Program-made: the position numbers and the translations under genes
Shown here: piece after piece, positions 38,301 to 50,717 of the stretch
Numbering within the stretch: position 1 is the first letter of the stretch
Layout: each line of letters opens with the position of its first letter
The notes under the pieces: model-generated
Told to the model about the DNA's origin: nothing
The model's input: the letters and a program-made list of their open reading frames with translations, nothing else
The model's database searches: none
Origin: Bilabrum cf. latius
Lineage: Eukaryota
Assembly: GCA_965178125.1 (NCBI GenBank)
Contig: OZ237744.1
Span: forward strand, 1,054,001 to 1,118,000
Direction: 5' to 3'
Length of the DNA stretch: 64,000 nt

Positions 38301-41300
38301 GCCCCCACCGCCCCCAGCCCTGCCACTGCTGCTGCTGCTGCTGCTACTCGCACGCCTCGCCACGACCTGCGCCCGCACCCTGCCCACCGCCCGCCGGACC
38401 TTCTCCAGTCCCAGCACAACGTCCGTCTGCACCCACCGCCCGCTCGACACGGCAGAGGGGGGCACCAGAGCGGCAGAGCCCGACGGTGCCGCCACGCACC
38501 GGCTCCGCACAGAGTCTGCCAGCGCTCCCGCAAGGGCAAGGTCGGCCTTGAACTGCCCCAGAACGAGGTCTCGGCTGCTGCCCGCGCTCCAACTTAGCTG
38601 TCTGGAGGGACCGCTGGCCCGCCGTGCCGCATCGAAGGCGCCCTACTTGCCCGCCAGGGCCGCGGCCTGGCACCACGCAGCGGCCAGGGGCCGGAGGGCA
38701 GGCCCGGAGCTCTCCCCGCGCGGAAGTAGGGGCGACACGGCGAGCGCGGGCCACCGTGCGGCCTGCAGCACGGGTGACACGGGGGCTGGGACCATCGCCT
38801 TGAAGACAGCCAGCCGCTGGGAGGGGTCGAGGGAGCGACCCAGGGGAGACATCTGCCAGTGATCGTGCAGAGGCGGCACAGCCTGCTCTGGGCTTGAGAC
38901 TGCACGTGCCGCATCGGCCCCCGCGCCGCTCGCAGCCCCCTGGTCGCCTTGCGACTCCACAGACCCAGCAGCCGATGCCGCCGCCACCTGGCTCCACCGC
39001 GCTGTGCATCCGCGCAAGCCCACTGCAGCAAGGGTCAGCTCCGTCCAGGCATGCGTGGCGGCCGCCGTGCGCGCCCTGGACCGCTCTCCGCCGCAGTGCG
39101 CTGCATCCCCCGTCCAGGTGTCATCTTCCAGGTCCTGTCCCCGAGAGGAGAGCGAGCCCCCGCGCCCCGCAAGGACTGCCATGCTAGCCAGTGCCTCGGC
39201 GTCGACTGCCCGTCCGCGCCGCTCCCCGCTAGAAACGACACTGCCATCACCACCGTCACCGCTGCCGCCGCCATCCTCGTAGTCCTCGCCCACGCGATGC
39301 CTAGCCGCCGCTATCTCAATGCCGGCATCCAACAAGCCCGTGCCGTGACTCTCCAGAGCGCTGCAGGCTGCATCGCACTGCGGTGCAGCGGCTGCCGCGG
39401 ACTTTGCCCTGCCCGCCTGGAGCACGAGCACCTGGGCCTGCTCCATTCCGTCCTTGGGCTCGTCGTGCGCCTGGGACTAAGTGTGTAGAGAGCGGCGCAG
39501 GGGCAGCAGCTCTCGGTCCAGAGGCCGCACCGAGCTGCCCTCCTGCCCCAGTCCTTGTTCCCTGGACTCCTCCCGCACCTCTCCGTAGTCCAGCGCCAGA
39601 GCCGCGTCCACAGACGCGAGCGCCTTGGTGGTAAATCCCTGCTGCTCCTCGCACTTGGCCAGCTCGAGGAGCAGCCTGGCCCGCAGCCTCACGTCCCGCG
39701 AGTCGATCGAGTCGAGCAGACGGTGGGCTTGCGTCAGCAGCCGCACACAGAGGTGCCTGTCCCTGGCGGTCAGCAGTGGGAGGCAAGCCGCGAAAGAGAT
39801 GGCCGCGCTCTCCTCGCACAGGTTGTCGTCTCCGCACCGCGCAGCGTTGCGGAGGGCAGACTCGAGGACGCCCATGGCCCTGAGCCGGCGGGCCCTGCCT
39901 CCCACAGAAGGGCCCTGTGGCAGGTCGGCTGGGGCACCGCGGGCCACTGCCGCGCCGACAGACGGGCCGTCTCTCCCTGCCCGTTTCCTTGAGTCGGTTT
40001 TGCGCATGAGCGCGAGGCACATCTGGGCCACCCGCTGGTTCTGGAGCTGCTCCTCGTCCTCACCACCTGCATCCTCCCCCTCCTCGCCCTCCTTTCTCTC
40101 CGCCATGCCCCCCCTGCCTCTCACAAGATCTCTCTCCTCATCAGATGTATCCCCGTCCAGCCCGTCCCAGGACCCGCTCTCACTGCCCGAGTCGCTGTCC
40201 AAGCCCACATCCTCCTCGCCATCTCCTCCTGCTTCGTCACGCTTGCCCTCCAGGGCACCCGCTCGACCCCCCGCCACACGAGCGCCCACCCGCTCCCCTG
40301 TTCCCTGGGCCCCGTCCTCCGCGGAGCTGGGACACCTCGCCAGCATCACGCGGGCCCGCAGCAGGTCCGCCGCCACGCGCTGGGAGGCATCAAGGCGCGC
40401 GGAGCCTTTAAGGCGGTCCGCCAGCACTGCGGCAAGCCGGTACAGGCCGGCACCCAGCGACAGCTTGCACGCAGCCACCACCACGTCCGGCTCCAGCGGA
40501 CCGACATCTCGGGCGGCCTCTCTCGCGTCTGCCTCGTCCACCGAGAACGCTTCCAGATCCGTCGAGTCATCATCGCCTCCTTTGCCCTTCCCTTTCCCCT
40601 TGCCCTTGTCTTTGCTCTTCCCCTTGTCTTTGCTATCGCCACCGTCCGCACCTTCCGCTGCAGCTGCGGCTGCGGCTGCTTCCTCCCTCGCCTTGGCTGC
40701 CGCGGCCGCCTCCTCCTGAAGCCTCCGGCGGGCCGCCTGCACAACCGCCTGCGCCGCCTCCGCAGCTGCCTTCCTGTCCAGCGGAAGCGTGTACTCCACA
40801 ACGGCCCAAGGGTCGCTGCCCTGGGTCAAGCACTCCAGGACGGCTCCGCGCACCTGCTCGGGACTAGGACTGCCACCAGTGCCATCCTAGGAGAATTCGC
40901 CCGGGCTGCTCCCGGCCCCGCTTCCTTGCTTGCCCGAGGCAGGCCTGGAATCCTTCCCCTTGCCCCCTTTCCCGGCCTTGCCCCCTTTGCCCTTCCCCTT
41001 CCCCGGAGAGGAGGCCTGGGAGGAGGGCCCTGAGGAGGAGGACGAGGACGAGCCGGGGCCGCCGGGCCCTTCCCGCATCGGCAAGGAGGGCGGCAGGACG
41101 TCCCCACCTTCTCTGTCAGACCGCTCCCCTGCGGTTCCGCCGCTGCCGCGCCCGGCCGCATCGAGGTCGTCAAGCCTGCCCCACGCGCGTGCAAGTCCCG
41201 CCCTGCCGCGCCCCGAGGCGGCGGACCTCGCGGCAGACAGGTGCGACAGCAGAGTCTGCAGCCGGAGCAGCCGACCCACAGACTCGTTCTGCTTATGCGC

Positions 41301-42512
41301 GCGCCGGGCAGCGGCAGCCAGCGCCGCCCGGGCCGCCTCGTCCCCCGCGGCAGCAGCCAGCTTGAGCGGGCCGAGCCTGCCGTCGGAGGGCCGAGGAACA
41401 ACGGGCTGGCCGGCCTCCCGCGCCGCCGCCCGCCCGGGGGCATCATCGCCCTCCCACCCACGGGCCGTATGCTCCGCGAGCAGACGTGCGTCTGTGACGA
41501 GTGTGTCGGCCGCTGCGTCCCTAACCATGCCCGCCAGCCTTAGCGCCCTGCCAGCCCACGCCTGGGCGTCTCCCCGCCTGGACTCCCCGGAGGCATCGAG
41601 GGCGCGCGCAACGGCCGTGGCGTGCCGGGCCCGCCACCTGGCATCCGGGTCGGCGCATGCCCCCAGCGCCCGCGCGAAGAGGGCCAGCGAGGGCACGGCC
41701 CGCTCCCACGCCCCGTGCCTCAGGAGCGGGCGGACACAGGCCCAGTGGACCACGGAGCAGTTGTAGACCAGGAACCTGTAGGCGAGCACTGCGGGGGTCG
41801 GTGCGGGGGCTGGCGGGGCCTGATCGTCCCCTTCGCTCTGGGGGTCGTTCTCAGCACCCCCCTGGCCTCCCCCGGTGAATGGGGGGGCGAGCAGGTCGGC
41901 GTCTGCACCCGTCTCTGCTGCCTGCGGTGCAGCCCCTTTCCCCTTCCCCTTGGGCTTCCCCTTGCCCTTCCCGCCGGAGGCGCCGGTGACGTCACTACCA
42001 CTTGCGTCGTTCCCAAGAAGGCGGTCGAGCCCGCAAAGTCGAAGCGCCGTCGCGAGTGCCTCCACACACGTCCGCACCGACCGGTGGGCCTCCACCTGTG
42101 CAGCGTGACCCCTGCGGTCCATGGCATCCTGACACTCGACCAACGCACGAACCAGCGTGATTCTCACAAGAAACTGCGCATGGAAGTATCACATAGCAAA
42201 TCAACTTCGAACTGGACGTCCAAATTTCATCAGCGGCCACTGCAGTATATCTTTAGCGGTCCGAGACGGGCTCACCTGGTCCTTCGCCAAATCAAAGGAC
42301 ATGCATCGTACCACAAGCGAACGCGCGAGCTCAACCTCTCCGCTTTCAGCCGCTGCCTCGGCTTGAGCTACCATGGTTGGAACGGATACAGATGCGTCCG
42401 CACCGCTGACCACCTCAGCTAGGCGGTCATCTGCCTCTAAAACGCCCGCACGCCGTGCAGAACTAGATGAAACTATCTGCAAAGCCCGCAATGCTTGCTA
42501 TTCCGCCTACAT
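29364..42512 (-). CDS. CFAP46: Cilia- and flagella-associated protein 46 (TTC40)-like, ~4350 aa (intron 42275-42174)
   Basis: N-terminal DQ|FLVR and YRFLVYNCSVVHWACVRPLL, and C-terminal LPWESL..SVARDFSLH, match CFAP46. Nine ORF-track pieces lie in one frame joined only by TAG; ends TGA. Confidence 0.85.
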
Positions 42513-42640
42513 GGCGGCAATACGTGCAGCAACTGCTGCTGTTGCCGTTGGAGCGGAACCGGTCGGACAGAAAGCGCGGCGCCGGCGCAATAGAGCACTG
42601 TGGCGAGAAACTTCAGATAGAGCGCCGCGCTTGGGATAAT

Positions 42641-44140
42641 ATGGCTTCTGCCGATGGATCGCTGTCGTCAGCATTTGAGACTAGGATGGTGAATGGCTTT
42701 CCGGTGATTGTGCGGAAAGGAGAGGAGTGGGCCGAGAAGCCAAAGCCGCCCAAGGCTGCGCCCGTGGTGTATCCCTCTCCATTCAAGGGGCACCCGATTG
42801 TGAGCATGATGCAGGAGCGCCTGACAGCCGCAGCTGCAGCACCATCCACCAAGTCTTCGGCAGGTGCTGACGGCGCCGCGGCGGGGGGTGCCAGCGGCGG
42901 CAAGGCAGGCAAGGGCGGCGGCAAGGGCGGCAAGGAGCAGCAGAAGCCGGCAGCGAGTGGGGCCGGAGCCGATCCGCCGGCAGCAGCCGGCGGGAAAAGG
43001 TCATCAAAGTCCAAGAAGGGTGGCCTGTTGAACGGCGGCGGCCAGGTAGCGGCGGACCCAAGCCGGGTGTGGGTGCCCAGCAAGCTGCCCCTGGACGAGC
43101 GCGTGGCCCTGGCGATGAGCTGCGCGGAGGAGGTTACCACCGAGGCAGAGCTTCGAACTCTGTTCGAGAAGAAGGATATGCCCGTGTGCTACGACGGCTT
43201 CGAGCCGAGCGGCCGCATGCACATCGCGCAGGGCGTGCTCAAGTCGATCATCGTGAACAAGCTGACCGCGGCGGGGTGCCGGTTCCGGTTCTGGGTGGCG
43301 GACTGGTTCGCCCTGCTGAACAACAAGATGGGCGGTGACCTGGCCAAGATCCAGACGGTGGGCCGCTACTTCGTGGAGGTCTGGAAGGCGGTTGGCATGA
43401 ACATGGACAACGTCGAGTTCCTCTGGGCCTCCGAGGAGATCAACAAGCAGCCGGACCAGTACTGGATGCGGGTCATGGACGTGGCGAGGCACTCCACCCT
43501 GAAGCGCGTGCAGAGGTGCTGTACCATCATGGGCCGCGCAGAGAGCGAGTCGATGCCCTCTGCTCAGATCCTGTACCCCTGCATGCAGTGCGCGGATATC
43601 TTTTACCTCGGCGCGGACATCTGCCAGCTGGGCATGGACCAGCGCAAGGTCAATATGCTGGCGAGGGAGTACGTCCCCGCTGCCACGGACAAGAAGAGGC
43701 TCAGATTCCCCCCCGTTGTTCTCTCGCACCACATGCTCATGGGTCTCAAAGAGGGCCAGGCCAAGATGTCCAAATCGGACCCCGACAGCGCCATCTTCAT
43801 GGAGGACACGGAGGCGGACGTGAAGCGCAAGATCAAGCGCGCCTTCTGCCCCCCCGAGGTGGTCAAGGACAACCCGTGCCTCGACTGGATGAAGCACATC
43901 ATCTTCCCTCGGTTCGGTGGGTGTGCCATCCAGAGGGAGGGCGAGGACGCGGCGCACGAGTACACCAAGTACGAGGAGCTGGAGGCGGACTACAGCGAGG
44001 GCAAGGTGCACCCATCGAGGCTCAAGCCCGTCCTCACCGAGCTCATCAACGTGTGCCTGGAGCCAGTGAGGAAGCACTTCGCTTCGGGGGAGCCCAAGAA
44101 GCTGCTGGCCCTTGTCAAGAAGTACAGGGTCACTCGCTGA
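42641..44140 (+). CDS. YARS: Cytosolic tyrosyl-tRNA synthetase (plant/protist YDGFEPSG type)
   Basis: YDGFEPSGRMHIAQG, YPCMQCADIF, QLGMDQRKVNMLAREY and KMSKS. No TAG; ends TGA. Confidence 0.97.
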   Translation: MASADGSLSSAFETRMVNGFPVIVRKGEEWAEKPKPPKAAPVVYPSPFKGHPIVSMMQERLTAAAAAPSTKSSAGADGAAAGGASGGKAGKGGGKGGKEQQKPAASGAGADPPAAAGGKRSSKSKKGGLLNGGGQVAADPSRVWVPSKLPLDERVALAMSCAEEVTTEAELRTLFEKKDMPVCYDGFEPSGRMHIAQGVLKSIIVNKLTAAGCRFRFWVADWFALLNNKMGGDLAKIQTVGRYFVEVWKAVGMNMDNVEFLWASEEINKQPDQYWMRVMDVARHSTLKRVQRCCTIMGRAESESMPSAQILYPCMQCADIFYLGADICQLGMDQRKVNMLAREYVPAATDKKRLRFPPVVLSHHMLMGLKEGQAKMSKSDPDSAIFMEDTEADVKRKIKRAFCPPEVVKDNPCLDWMKHIIFPRFGGCAIQREGEDAAHEYTKYEELEADYSEGKVHPSRLKPVLTELINVCLEPVRKHFASGEPKKLLALVKKYRVTR

Positions 44141-44748
44141 GAGAGACGCGCGGGTGTTTGCGGTGCGATGGTTCTGGCTCGAGATGATGCTGCCAGTGGC
44201 AGTGGGGCGGAGTAGTAGTGAGGCCGTACAATCAGCGGCGCCTGCCAATGCGAGGAACAGACGCCCGCCCAAGGATGCGTTCAGGTGGTGGTGGTGGGCG
44301 GCAGGTGAGGTGAGGTGAGGCAAGGCTGCCGGCAGCCGGCTACACTCGTCACATAGTACGGCGAGTTGAGCACTCCTGAGTTCCTACGTCATGGCAACTA
44401 TGCCACTTCACAAAGATTTGCGATCCGTTGCTACACGATGGGATCGTGCCACAGCGGCCCCCTATGTAATCATGCAAGCGTGTCCAACAAACATTCGCAA
44501 GTGCTGCACGGTCTCGGCTCAAATGCAACCGACGACACCGGCCCAAGACAACTGAGCGAGCTGCGGGCGATCACCCAGGCGCTTCCTGCGGGCCCTTCGA
44601 AAGACAAAGATATCGATTAGATTAGATCAAAGAAAGTAAGATGAATACGCTTGATTATATGAATGCAGACAGTTCGTGAGCGAACAGTTCTCGCAGCGGC
44701 TACAGAGCGGCCAGACTATCAACTACCCTGTATGCAGAGCAACCTTCC

Positions 44749-46332
44749 ATGCTACGAAATTTGCGCTAGATAACCTTGAATTCGCAGAATAATCAAAAAT
44801 AGGCTCGTTCCATAACTCGCGCAATCACCAGCGATGAGGATTCTGCCAACGCCGCGCCACCGCTTTGTAGCAACTTTGCTGGGTTCCAGCAGCGAGCTCA
44901 AAGCACGCCAGCACATTCTAGAAGCCCAATTTAGGAAAAAAGAATGACGCGTTCTCTTTCGTCTCTCACAAGCCGGCACAAAGCGTTCGCATAGCACATG
45001 GATCGCAGGCGTCGGGCCAAGCTGCTGCAGTCCCGAAGCCGAAGATGGCAAATTCGACGAGTATAGTCTTTTGGAGAGGTGAGACTGCTATCTAATTGTG
45101 GATGCAATCAGAAAGGCTGCGAGCAGTGCGAGTACGGCCTCGGTTCCGTCATGGAGTCGGACCACGAGGGCGGCGAGGTGTTTGGGCACGCCACGCTCGA
45201 CGAGGACCCGGAACGATCCTCTGGAAATAGTAGCAGCAAGAGCAGGTCGGGGTCTATTCACCGCAGCCGCAGCGAGGGCCAGCTTGACTTAATGCAGCGC
45301 AGGCGATCGTCCCTGGGCGACCAGTGGGACATGGGCGCCCTTGCCGCCCGCGTCCACACTCGGTCCAGCATTTCACCTCTAGGCCCACTGGCAGCATCAA
45401 AAACAGGGCGGGCCTCTCCCGCGGCCCTGCAGCCCCTCTCGCCCTTGAAGCCCGGTGAATCGTTGGATGGAAGCCGCTTGCGGTTCCGATCAAGGTCCAG
45501 GTCCATGGAGTTGCCCACAGCTGATGGAGTGGAATGTGTTCCGTCGGGCGAGGCAGCGGTGCAACAAAACCGCTCCGGTGGACAAGCAAGACATGAATAC
45601 CGTACTAGCGGTGCTGATAGACCAGGTCGAAATCCCACAGAGGACTAGGCCTGCCACCCTGGGACCAGCACGGGTCACTAGCATGCACCGGCTCGTGGCT
45701 CGCAGCCGCAGCCAGACCCCCTCCCCCGGCCTTATCCCCGCGACACGCTCTCTTTGACCTTCAATGAAGAGCCGAACGGAGGGTGCGATGCCCCCAGGAA
45801 TGGTGAAGCACAAGAATCAGTCCCTGCCATCGCTCACACTCGGGAGGATGGCCTCGTGGAGGGGAAGCGGTCCAAGGAGACCATGCCGGCGGGTGCAGGT
45901 CGCGGCGAAGCTCCCGGAGATGGCATGGATCGCGATCCGGGCAGCGTTGTTCCCCTCTCCGGTGCGCGTGCTGCAGGGTAGCCAGAGGGTCTCGAAGCTC
46001 CGGGAAGCGCTAGGCCTGCCATACCAAGCAAGGGTGGGAAGCGGTTGAAGCATTACGAATATGGTGCCTAGACTCAGGGCTAGGGACCAGACCGAGCCGC
46101 GTCGGGAGATCCAAATCCGGGGCAGCAGGGTCTAGGCAGCACCTTCGAACTGAAGCCGGACCAGCAGCAAGACAGCAGCAAGCACGGACTGCCAATCTCG
46201 TCGGGCCGGAGCTCGTCGCACTCGCGGCGCAGCATCGTTGCGTACCAATCCAGCGGTGGATTTGGGTCCAGGCCCGATGGGTAGAGCGTCGGCCGGACGT
46301 TCAGCACGGGCGAGATGAGCACGACCGGCTGA
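44749..46332 (+). CDS. Hypothetical Ser/Arg-rich disordered protein (527 aa)
   Basis: Continuous ATG-to-TGA frame with 11 TAGs and no TAA/TGA; includes ORFs 45079-45648 and 45754-45981. Confidence 0.55.
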
Positions 46333-46440
46333 CTTGCGTACCTGCCGAGCAGCCACCGAGGTGCAGCAGACTCATCGCACGCAATGGCCGAATCTGCAGG
46401 AGAGTGTACAGCGATCAACAGCGCCATGGGATCAAGAGCA

Positions 46441-48915
46441 TCATTCGGACCACACGCTCTCAACCCCAAACGCGGCCAGGAAGAGCCCGACCGTGGCTGC
46501 CAGTACCCCGACTGTAGCTCCTTGGAGGTCGCTGCTGTCCCACAGTGCCAGCACCAGCAGCGTCGCACCCATAGCCAGCAGCAGCACCAGTCGCACGCCC
46601 AGCTACCTCTGCGTTCGCGAAAGGTCGGTTAGATCATATGCGCCTCCGGAGTCTTCGGCCAGCATTCGCGTCCTTTGCCTGCTTGTAGGCGCAAGAACCA
46701 TGCCCCTGTTGTCGCCCCGCGTGTCCCGGCCCAAGCTCGCGGCAACATCGAGTAGAGGCTGCTGCATAGTCCGTGGTGCGGCGCTTGAACATGGGCAGCA
46801 ATCGCACAGCGGCTGCTCCCCCCCATCCGATCCTTTCCATGCGTACGTCACCATCAGCACGCCCATGGCCGTGGCGATGAAGCAGAGAGACCCTCCCAGC
46901 AGCACGGGACCGTACGGCTGCCCCTTGAAATCAATTGACAAGGAAACCGCAAACGGAAGGAAGCCCACAACGGCGCAGATAGCCGAGTTGGTGCGGTAGA
47001 GCGACAGGCGCACGGGACCGCTGTGCTTGCGGCGGATGAGGGCGAAGAGTGATACGTGGGCCATCCACAGGGCGCCCACCAGCAGCACCGTCAAGACCCC
47101 GGACAAGAGGTCGAGCTGATGCTCGTGCCACCAGCAGAAGAATGTCGGCTGATCGCCGGACTTGATGGCCGGGCAATCCACCCTGGGTCTGGCCTTCAGC
47201 TCGCGCTGGAGAGTTGAGCCCGAATCGAGGGGCGATGACACGTCGTCGATGTCCGGAGTGGGCACGTTGATCTCGAGCACGATGAGCGTCGCGACGATGG
47301 AGTACACGCCATCCGTGAAGGACTCGAGCCTGCCTTGGTCCAGCAACGAGTACCGCCGCGCCACGTCGAGGACTTGTGGCAGGATGCGACCGTCCTGCAC
47401 GACAACGCTGGCATCAACGGGTGCAGCCGTCGGGGAGCTCTGTGCATGAGTGAGAGCGCCAGTCTTGGGTGAGCTCGGCTGGTTGATTGACTGCCGTCCT
47501 GCGATGGTGGCCCTACCATAGGCATGCACTGTCCCCTCGGAACCGCCTTCCTCTGTGAACTCCCCGCCGGTCGGTGCAGTGGCCAGTACTTCCATCGCAG
47601 CGCGGGCTGCTTGTTCCGACTGGGCCTCAGATCTATCATGCGGCCGATCGGAGGTTCCCACTGCCTAGGACTGCGCAGCAGACAAACCTGAGGGGGCGTG
47701 TTGCCCGCCTGAGGCATCGTCCGAGCTGCAGGCCCCGGTGTCTGCAAGAGGTAGCCGTCGCGGTTCTGTGGCCATCGCTGTCGAGAGTGCAATAGACCCT
47801 TGCTCTGCAATCGTATCGCCATGTCGTGGCGGCTGGGGGGCATCAGAGTCAATGCGCAGCATTGAATTGCCATCTCTGCTCCTGCTTTCGCCCTGGCTGG
47901 ATGCCTGGGCTTGCAGGCAGCCGTCGTCGCTGTGCATTGGCCCAGCCCCTCGCACCAGCTCTGACGGCCGGCCGGCGCAGCAGGTGACGTAGACGTGCCC
48001 TCCGACAACTGCTTCAATCAATCCCGATGCTAGCGCCACTGCTATCGCTGGTATAGAGTGTCTGCTGTGCAGCACAAGTAGAGACGCACCGAGCACCAGG
48101 ATTCGGAACGAGAAGGCGACCCAGGCCCGCTAGGTTGCGAGGCGAGCAGCTGCCAGCGCAGAAACCCCGTGACTGCGCCAGTGCTGCAGTCCGCCGGTTC
48201 GTGGCCTGCCAACTGGGCTCAGTATTGGTGCGGCGGTGTCCTTACTACCTCCACTGGGACCCTTTTGCACTTCGCCGAGGAGGGGCCACACAGCCTGCAA
48301 CTGCTGGCCAGAGCCCGGGCACTCGGCGGCGCACAGGTCGTGGATGAGCATGGCCAGGGCAACCATGGCGAGCGAGATGATAAATAAGCCTGAGCTCCAC
48401 AGGTCAGAGTCAGACTCTTGAGCGAGGTACGCCGACGCGACCGCTCCGGCAATCGGCAGCACCGCAACAGCCGGCAAAAGCAGAATAAGATTCGCAACTA
48501 CCAGCTTGCGTGGAACCTTGCGCACGTTCAACATACTGAGGACATGTGCAGTCCATATTTCGGCCACTACTGTGAATGTTGCTGCATAGACGACCAGGGA
48601 ACCAGACTTCAGGCGAACTGCATGCTCGACCTCCTGGCATGCCCGTTGGGAGTCGTGCCCGCCGGCATTGCATTGTGAAATTGCATCCTGCAGCCGGTAG
48701 ACGGCGGAATCTTTGATATGTGCTATGGCAGATATAGACAGCGTTGCAGCAATCGCCAGAAAAGCATCCACGTAGGCCCGAAATCGATCTCTGCGGAGTC
48801 TTATGATTGGCCTCAGCAATCAAATCAAGTCTCTTCTGCTCCCAAACAGGACGGAAAGCTGCAGGCGGATACACCACTTTGCTTACACATCAAGCAGTAC
48901 ATCGTTGCGGGTCAT
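46441..48915 (-). CDS. TMEM175: TMEM175-family endolysosomal K+/H+ channel, two-repeat type (intron 48886-48791)
   Basis: Two signature helices, DRFRAYVDAFLAIAATL and RLESFTDGVYSIVATLIVLEI. Pieces joined by TAG at 48130, 47665 and 46603; ends TGA. Confidence 0.85.
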
Positions 48916-49151
48916 CGCTGAATTCTGTCAAAGTTGGCTGTCGAAGCAATTAATGTGGATGTATCGCCGACTGTTCCGGCGTCATCACAGTGCGCCGCAA
49001 ATGCAACTGGCCTAGGTGCAGGGTCAGAAATGCGATCAATCGTTCGAATGCAGTCAATTCCCAGATCACAAAAGCTCCCTGCACAGCACGGCGCTGCTCG
49101 TGGCGCGACACCCGCGGCAGCCCCGCCCAGGCCTCGGTGCTCGGTCCTCAC

Positions 49152-50495
49152 TCAGAACCCCACGAAGGGGTCCTTGCCCCCCTCGAACTCGGGGAGCGGC
49201 ACCTCGTCCTCCTCCTCCGGGTACGGGTCGAAGTTGCTCGTGTCCGTCTTGCCCTTCACCTTGGGCACGATGGGTGCGGGCAGCTCCCCCGCGACGAGCT
49301 TCCCAAAGTCGAAGCCCAGGAAGAACTTGTGCTCCATGATGTCGTCGGCCCCGCGCCTCAAGCAGCCGTACCTCCTCGTGAGATCCGCTGTGAGCAGCCG
49401 CTTGATGAGCGACTTGCTTCCTCTCTCGAAGTACTTGGGGAACCGCACCTTGCCCTCGATGATCTGGTTGTAGATGCCCATCGGGTCGTCGTCCACGAAC
49501 GGGGGCTGCCCCGCGAGCATCTCGAAGAGCAGGATGCCCAGGGTCCACCAGTCCACACCCTTGCCATGGCCCTTGTTCAGCAGCACCTCAGGGGCGATGT
49601 ACTCGGGCGTGCCGCACAAGGTCCACGTCTTGAACGCGACCCGCTTGGCAAAGCCGAAATCCGTAATCTTGAAGTACCCGCGCTCGTCAAGCAGCAGGTT
49701 CTCGGGCTTGAGATCTCTGTAGATGATGCTCTGCTTGTGCAGGTAATCGAAGATAGTCACGATTTGCGCCGCGTAGAACATTCCGTCCTCGTGCTTGAGC
49801 CGAGTGGCCTTGCGGAGGTGAGTAAAAAACTCGCCACCGCAAATGTACTCGATCGCCAAGTAGAGGTACCGGTCATCCTGGAACGTGCCCCCTAGCCGGA
49901 CAATAAACGGATGGTCAAGTACATCTAAGATTTCTTTTTCGGAAAGAATGTGCTCAACTTGTTGCAAGCGCACAACTTCGCATTTCTTCAACATCTTGAT
50001 CGCCCACACGCCCCCCGTGGCCTTATGCGTTGCAAATCGCACTCGTCCAAAGCTCCCAGTTCCAAGCGTTACTCCTAGTTTGAAGTCTTCGAGAGAGCAT
50101 TTTCCTAATTTCCAACCTGCAACGGGTAAACGCAAGCTTGCAAGGATGGCAATCCAGTGACTCGCTCCAAGCAGTGTCCAGAGCGCAGATGCCCATAATA
50201 TGCAATCTTCTATAGTTGAGCAGTTCTAGGTGCCATGGTGGCAATGTGGAACACATGGCACAGGGACGCATTCGCAACCTCGGGAGGCAGTTTGGTGGAT
50301 CCCGAGGCCAGCGTGAATCTAGCTACCCGTACAAACCCTTGAGGGGATGTCATAGCACGCAAGGGTATATGTCATAATGAACAGTACGAGGCGATTAAAC
50401 GCAAGCAACCCGCCAGACAAAGCAACACGATGAGGAGCAGGGTGCTGGATCTCACTAGGTTTGGCTCCCGAAGCTGCCCCAGACGCGCCTGCCAT
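49152..50495 (-). CDS. PKA-C: cAMP-dependent protein kinase catalytic subunit (intron 50455-50117)
   Basis: LGTGSFGRV, YRDLKPEN, DFGFAK, TWTLCGTPEYIAPE and DTSNFDPY. Short first exon MAGASGAASGAKP is inferred. No TAG; ends TGA. Confidence 0.95.
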
Positions 50496-50717
50496 ATCAA
50501 ATCAGCAAAATATCGATAAATTTGTGACTAATAACAAAAAAACAAGCCAATGGAAGCCTATCGTATGCTCTGGCAGCCAGAATCTGCAGGGTCAGGCCGC
50601 TCTTGCGAAACCAGAATCTTGTTTAGTTTTGAAATATTACGTTACTATAAAAACTCGGAGCCGTAAATCATCAACAACAAAAAATTGTTTCCATTCCCAG
50701 TTTGCAGCGCAATTACG

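Noticed and set aside
42467-42640. Extended TyrRS N-terminus in the ORF track
   Set aside because: It overlaps the divergent CFAP46 start; the ATG at 42641 is the more plausible start.
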